NCBI GenBank assembly: GCA_030264375.1
Contig: JASCQW010000001.1
Span: 105,831,918 to 105,895,903 of the forward strand
Reading direction: 5' to 3'
DNA length: 63,986 bases
Source: Carcharhinus longimanus
Taxonomy: Eukaryota
Part shown: in pieces, positions 63,191-63,986 of the stretch
Layout of the letters: every line of letters starts with the position of its first letter
Numbering within the stretch: the first letter of the stretch is position 1
Notes under the pieces: model-generated
What the model saw: the letters and a program-made list of their open reading frames with translations, nothing else
Database searches by the model: none
Told to the model about the DNA's origin: nothing
Made by a program: the position numbers and the translations under genes

Positions 63191-63839
63191 AAGATATGAG
63201 TAGACTGCAGAGAGCTCTCTGGCGTTGCTGTCCTGAGAGAAGGCAAAATTCACAAAGGCTTTTTTTCAAACTGCCTCCAGCTCATGGGAGAGAAAATGCC
63301 AGAGAATGCAAGAGGATTGCTTTTAACTTCTGGTAGTGGTGGAAAATGGCTGATCACGGATCTGCTTATATGGTTAATGAGATTGAGAGCATGGAGCTGG
63401 CCTTTTTGGTTTGACATCCGTTGACTGAAGGTCATAAGAAAAATTGGCCCAGATATCTGCCACACTGGAGAGCCTCTCCTCCCTGGCAGAAATGGCAAAG
63501 TGCCTGAAAGTCATGAGTCTTACCCCTGCCCTCCCCCATCAAACGTGTAACTTCCCACTTGCATGGAGATAGTTCTTGTTTTGCATGTGTAATTCACTGA
63601 GGCAACTGACCATTTAAATCACCCACTGCCTGCATTGAGGCCAGAACTTGGTATCTCGGGAGTGTAAAACCTGAGGAATGCAGAGTAGACCTGGTAAGAG
63701 CATGTTTGCCCTTTTGGAGAAGATAGATAGTCCTTGGACACCACTGGGGGAAGTCATATATGCCCTTAACAGGTGCTGTTTAGAATTGTCACAAGCAGGC
63801 ATATATGTGCATAAACCCGTTAATTGTCAAGTTCATTAG

Positions 63840-63986
63840 AAATTTTTTTATTCTTTCATGGGAAGTGGGTGTTGCTGGCTTATCCAGCATTTATTGCCCA
63901 TATCTATTGCTGTTGATGTGATAGTGAGCAGCCTTCTTGTATATGTGATGTAGGTACACCTGTTATCCTGTTAGGAAGCGAGTTTA
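63840..63986 (-). mobile_element. L2/CR1-group LINE 3' terminus, running off the window end
   Basis: ttctttcatgggaagtgggtgttgctggcttatccagcatttattgccca, the same terminus as ~22085-22350. Confidence 0.75.

Overview
Eukaryotic DNA, almost certainly from an elasmobranch (shark), judged by the many HE1/V-SINE copies plus CR1, L2-group, Penelope and Harbinger relics. It is a draft assembly with many N-gaps. The only protein-coding gene I can support is the 5' part of an anthrax toxin receptor on the + strand. Coding exons 1-7 (34616-60947) give 216 codons covering the signal peptide and vWA/MIDAS domain. Exon sizes and phases and diagnostic residues fit ANTXR2/CMG2, and intron 5 has a GC donor. 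The left ~10.7 kb is a TE-poor, CpG-retaining block. It contains a CpG-island promoter (~1600-2400) and several apparently non-coding minus-strand exons of a divergent gene, possibly PRDM8 by vertebrate synteny (inference only). The rest is repeat-dense. The most unusual object is a near full-length U2 snRNA-derived insertion in ANTXR2 intron 4 (56244-56479). It is flanked by 17-bp direct repeats, has lost the branch-point-pairing region and has stem IIa expanded into a long hairpin, making it a candidate snRNA-derived SINE or remodelled retro-RNA. Repeat boundaries are approximate and assigned by eye; no searches were run.
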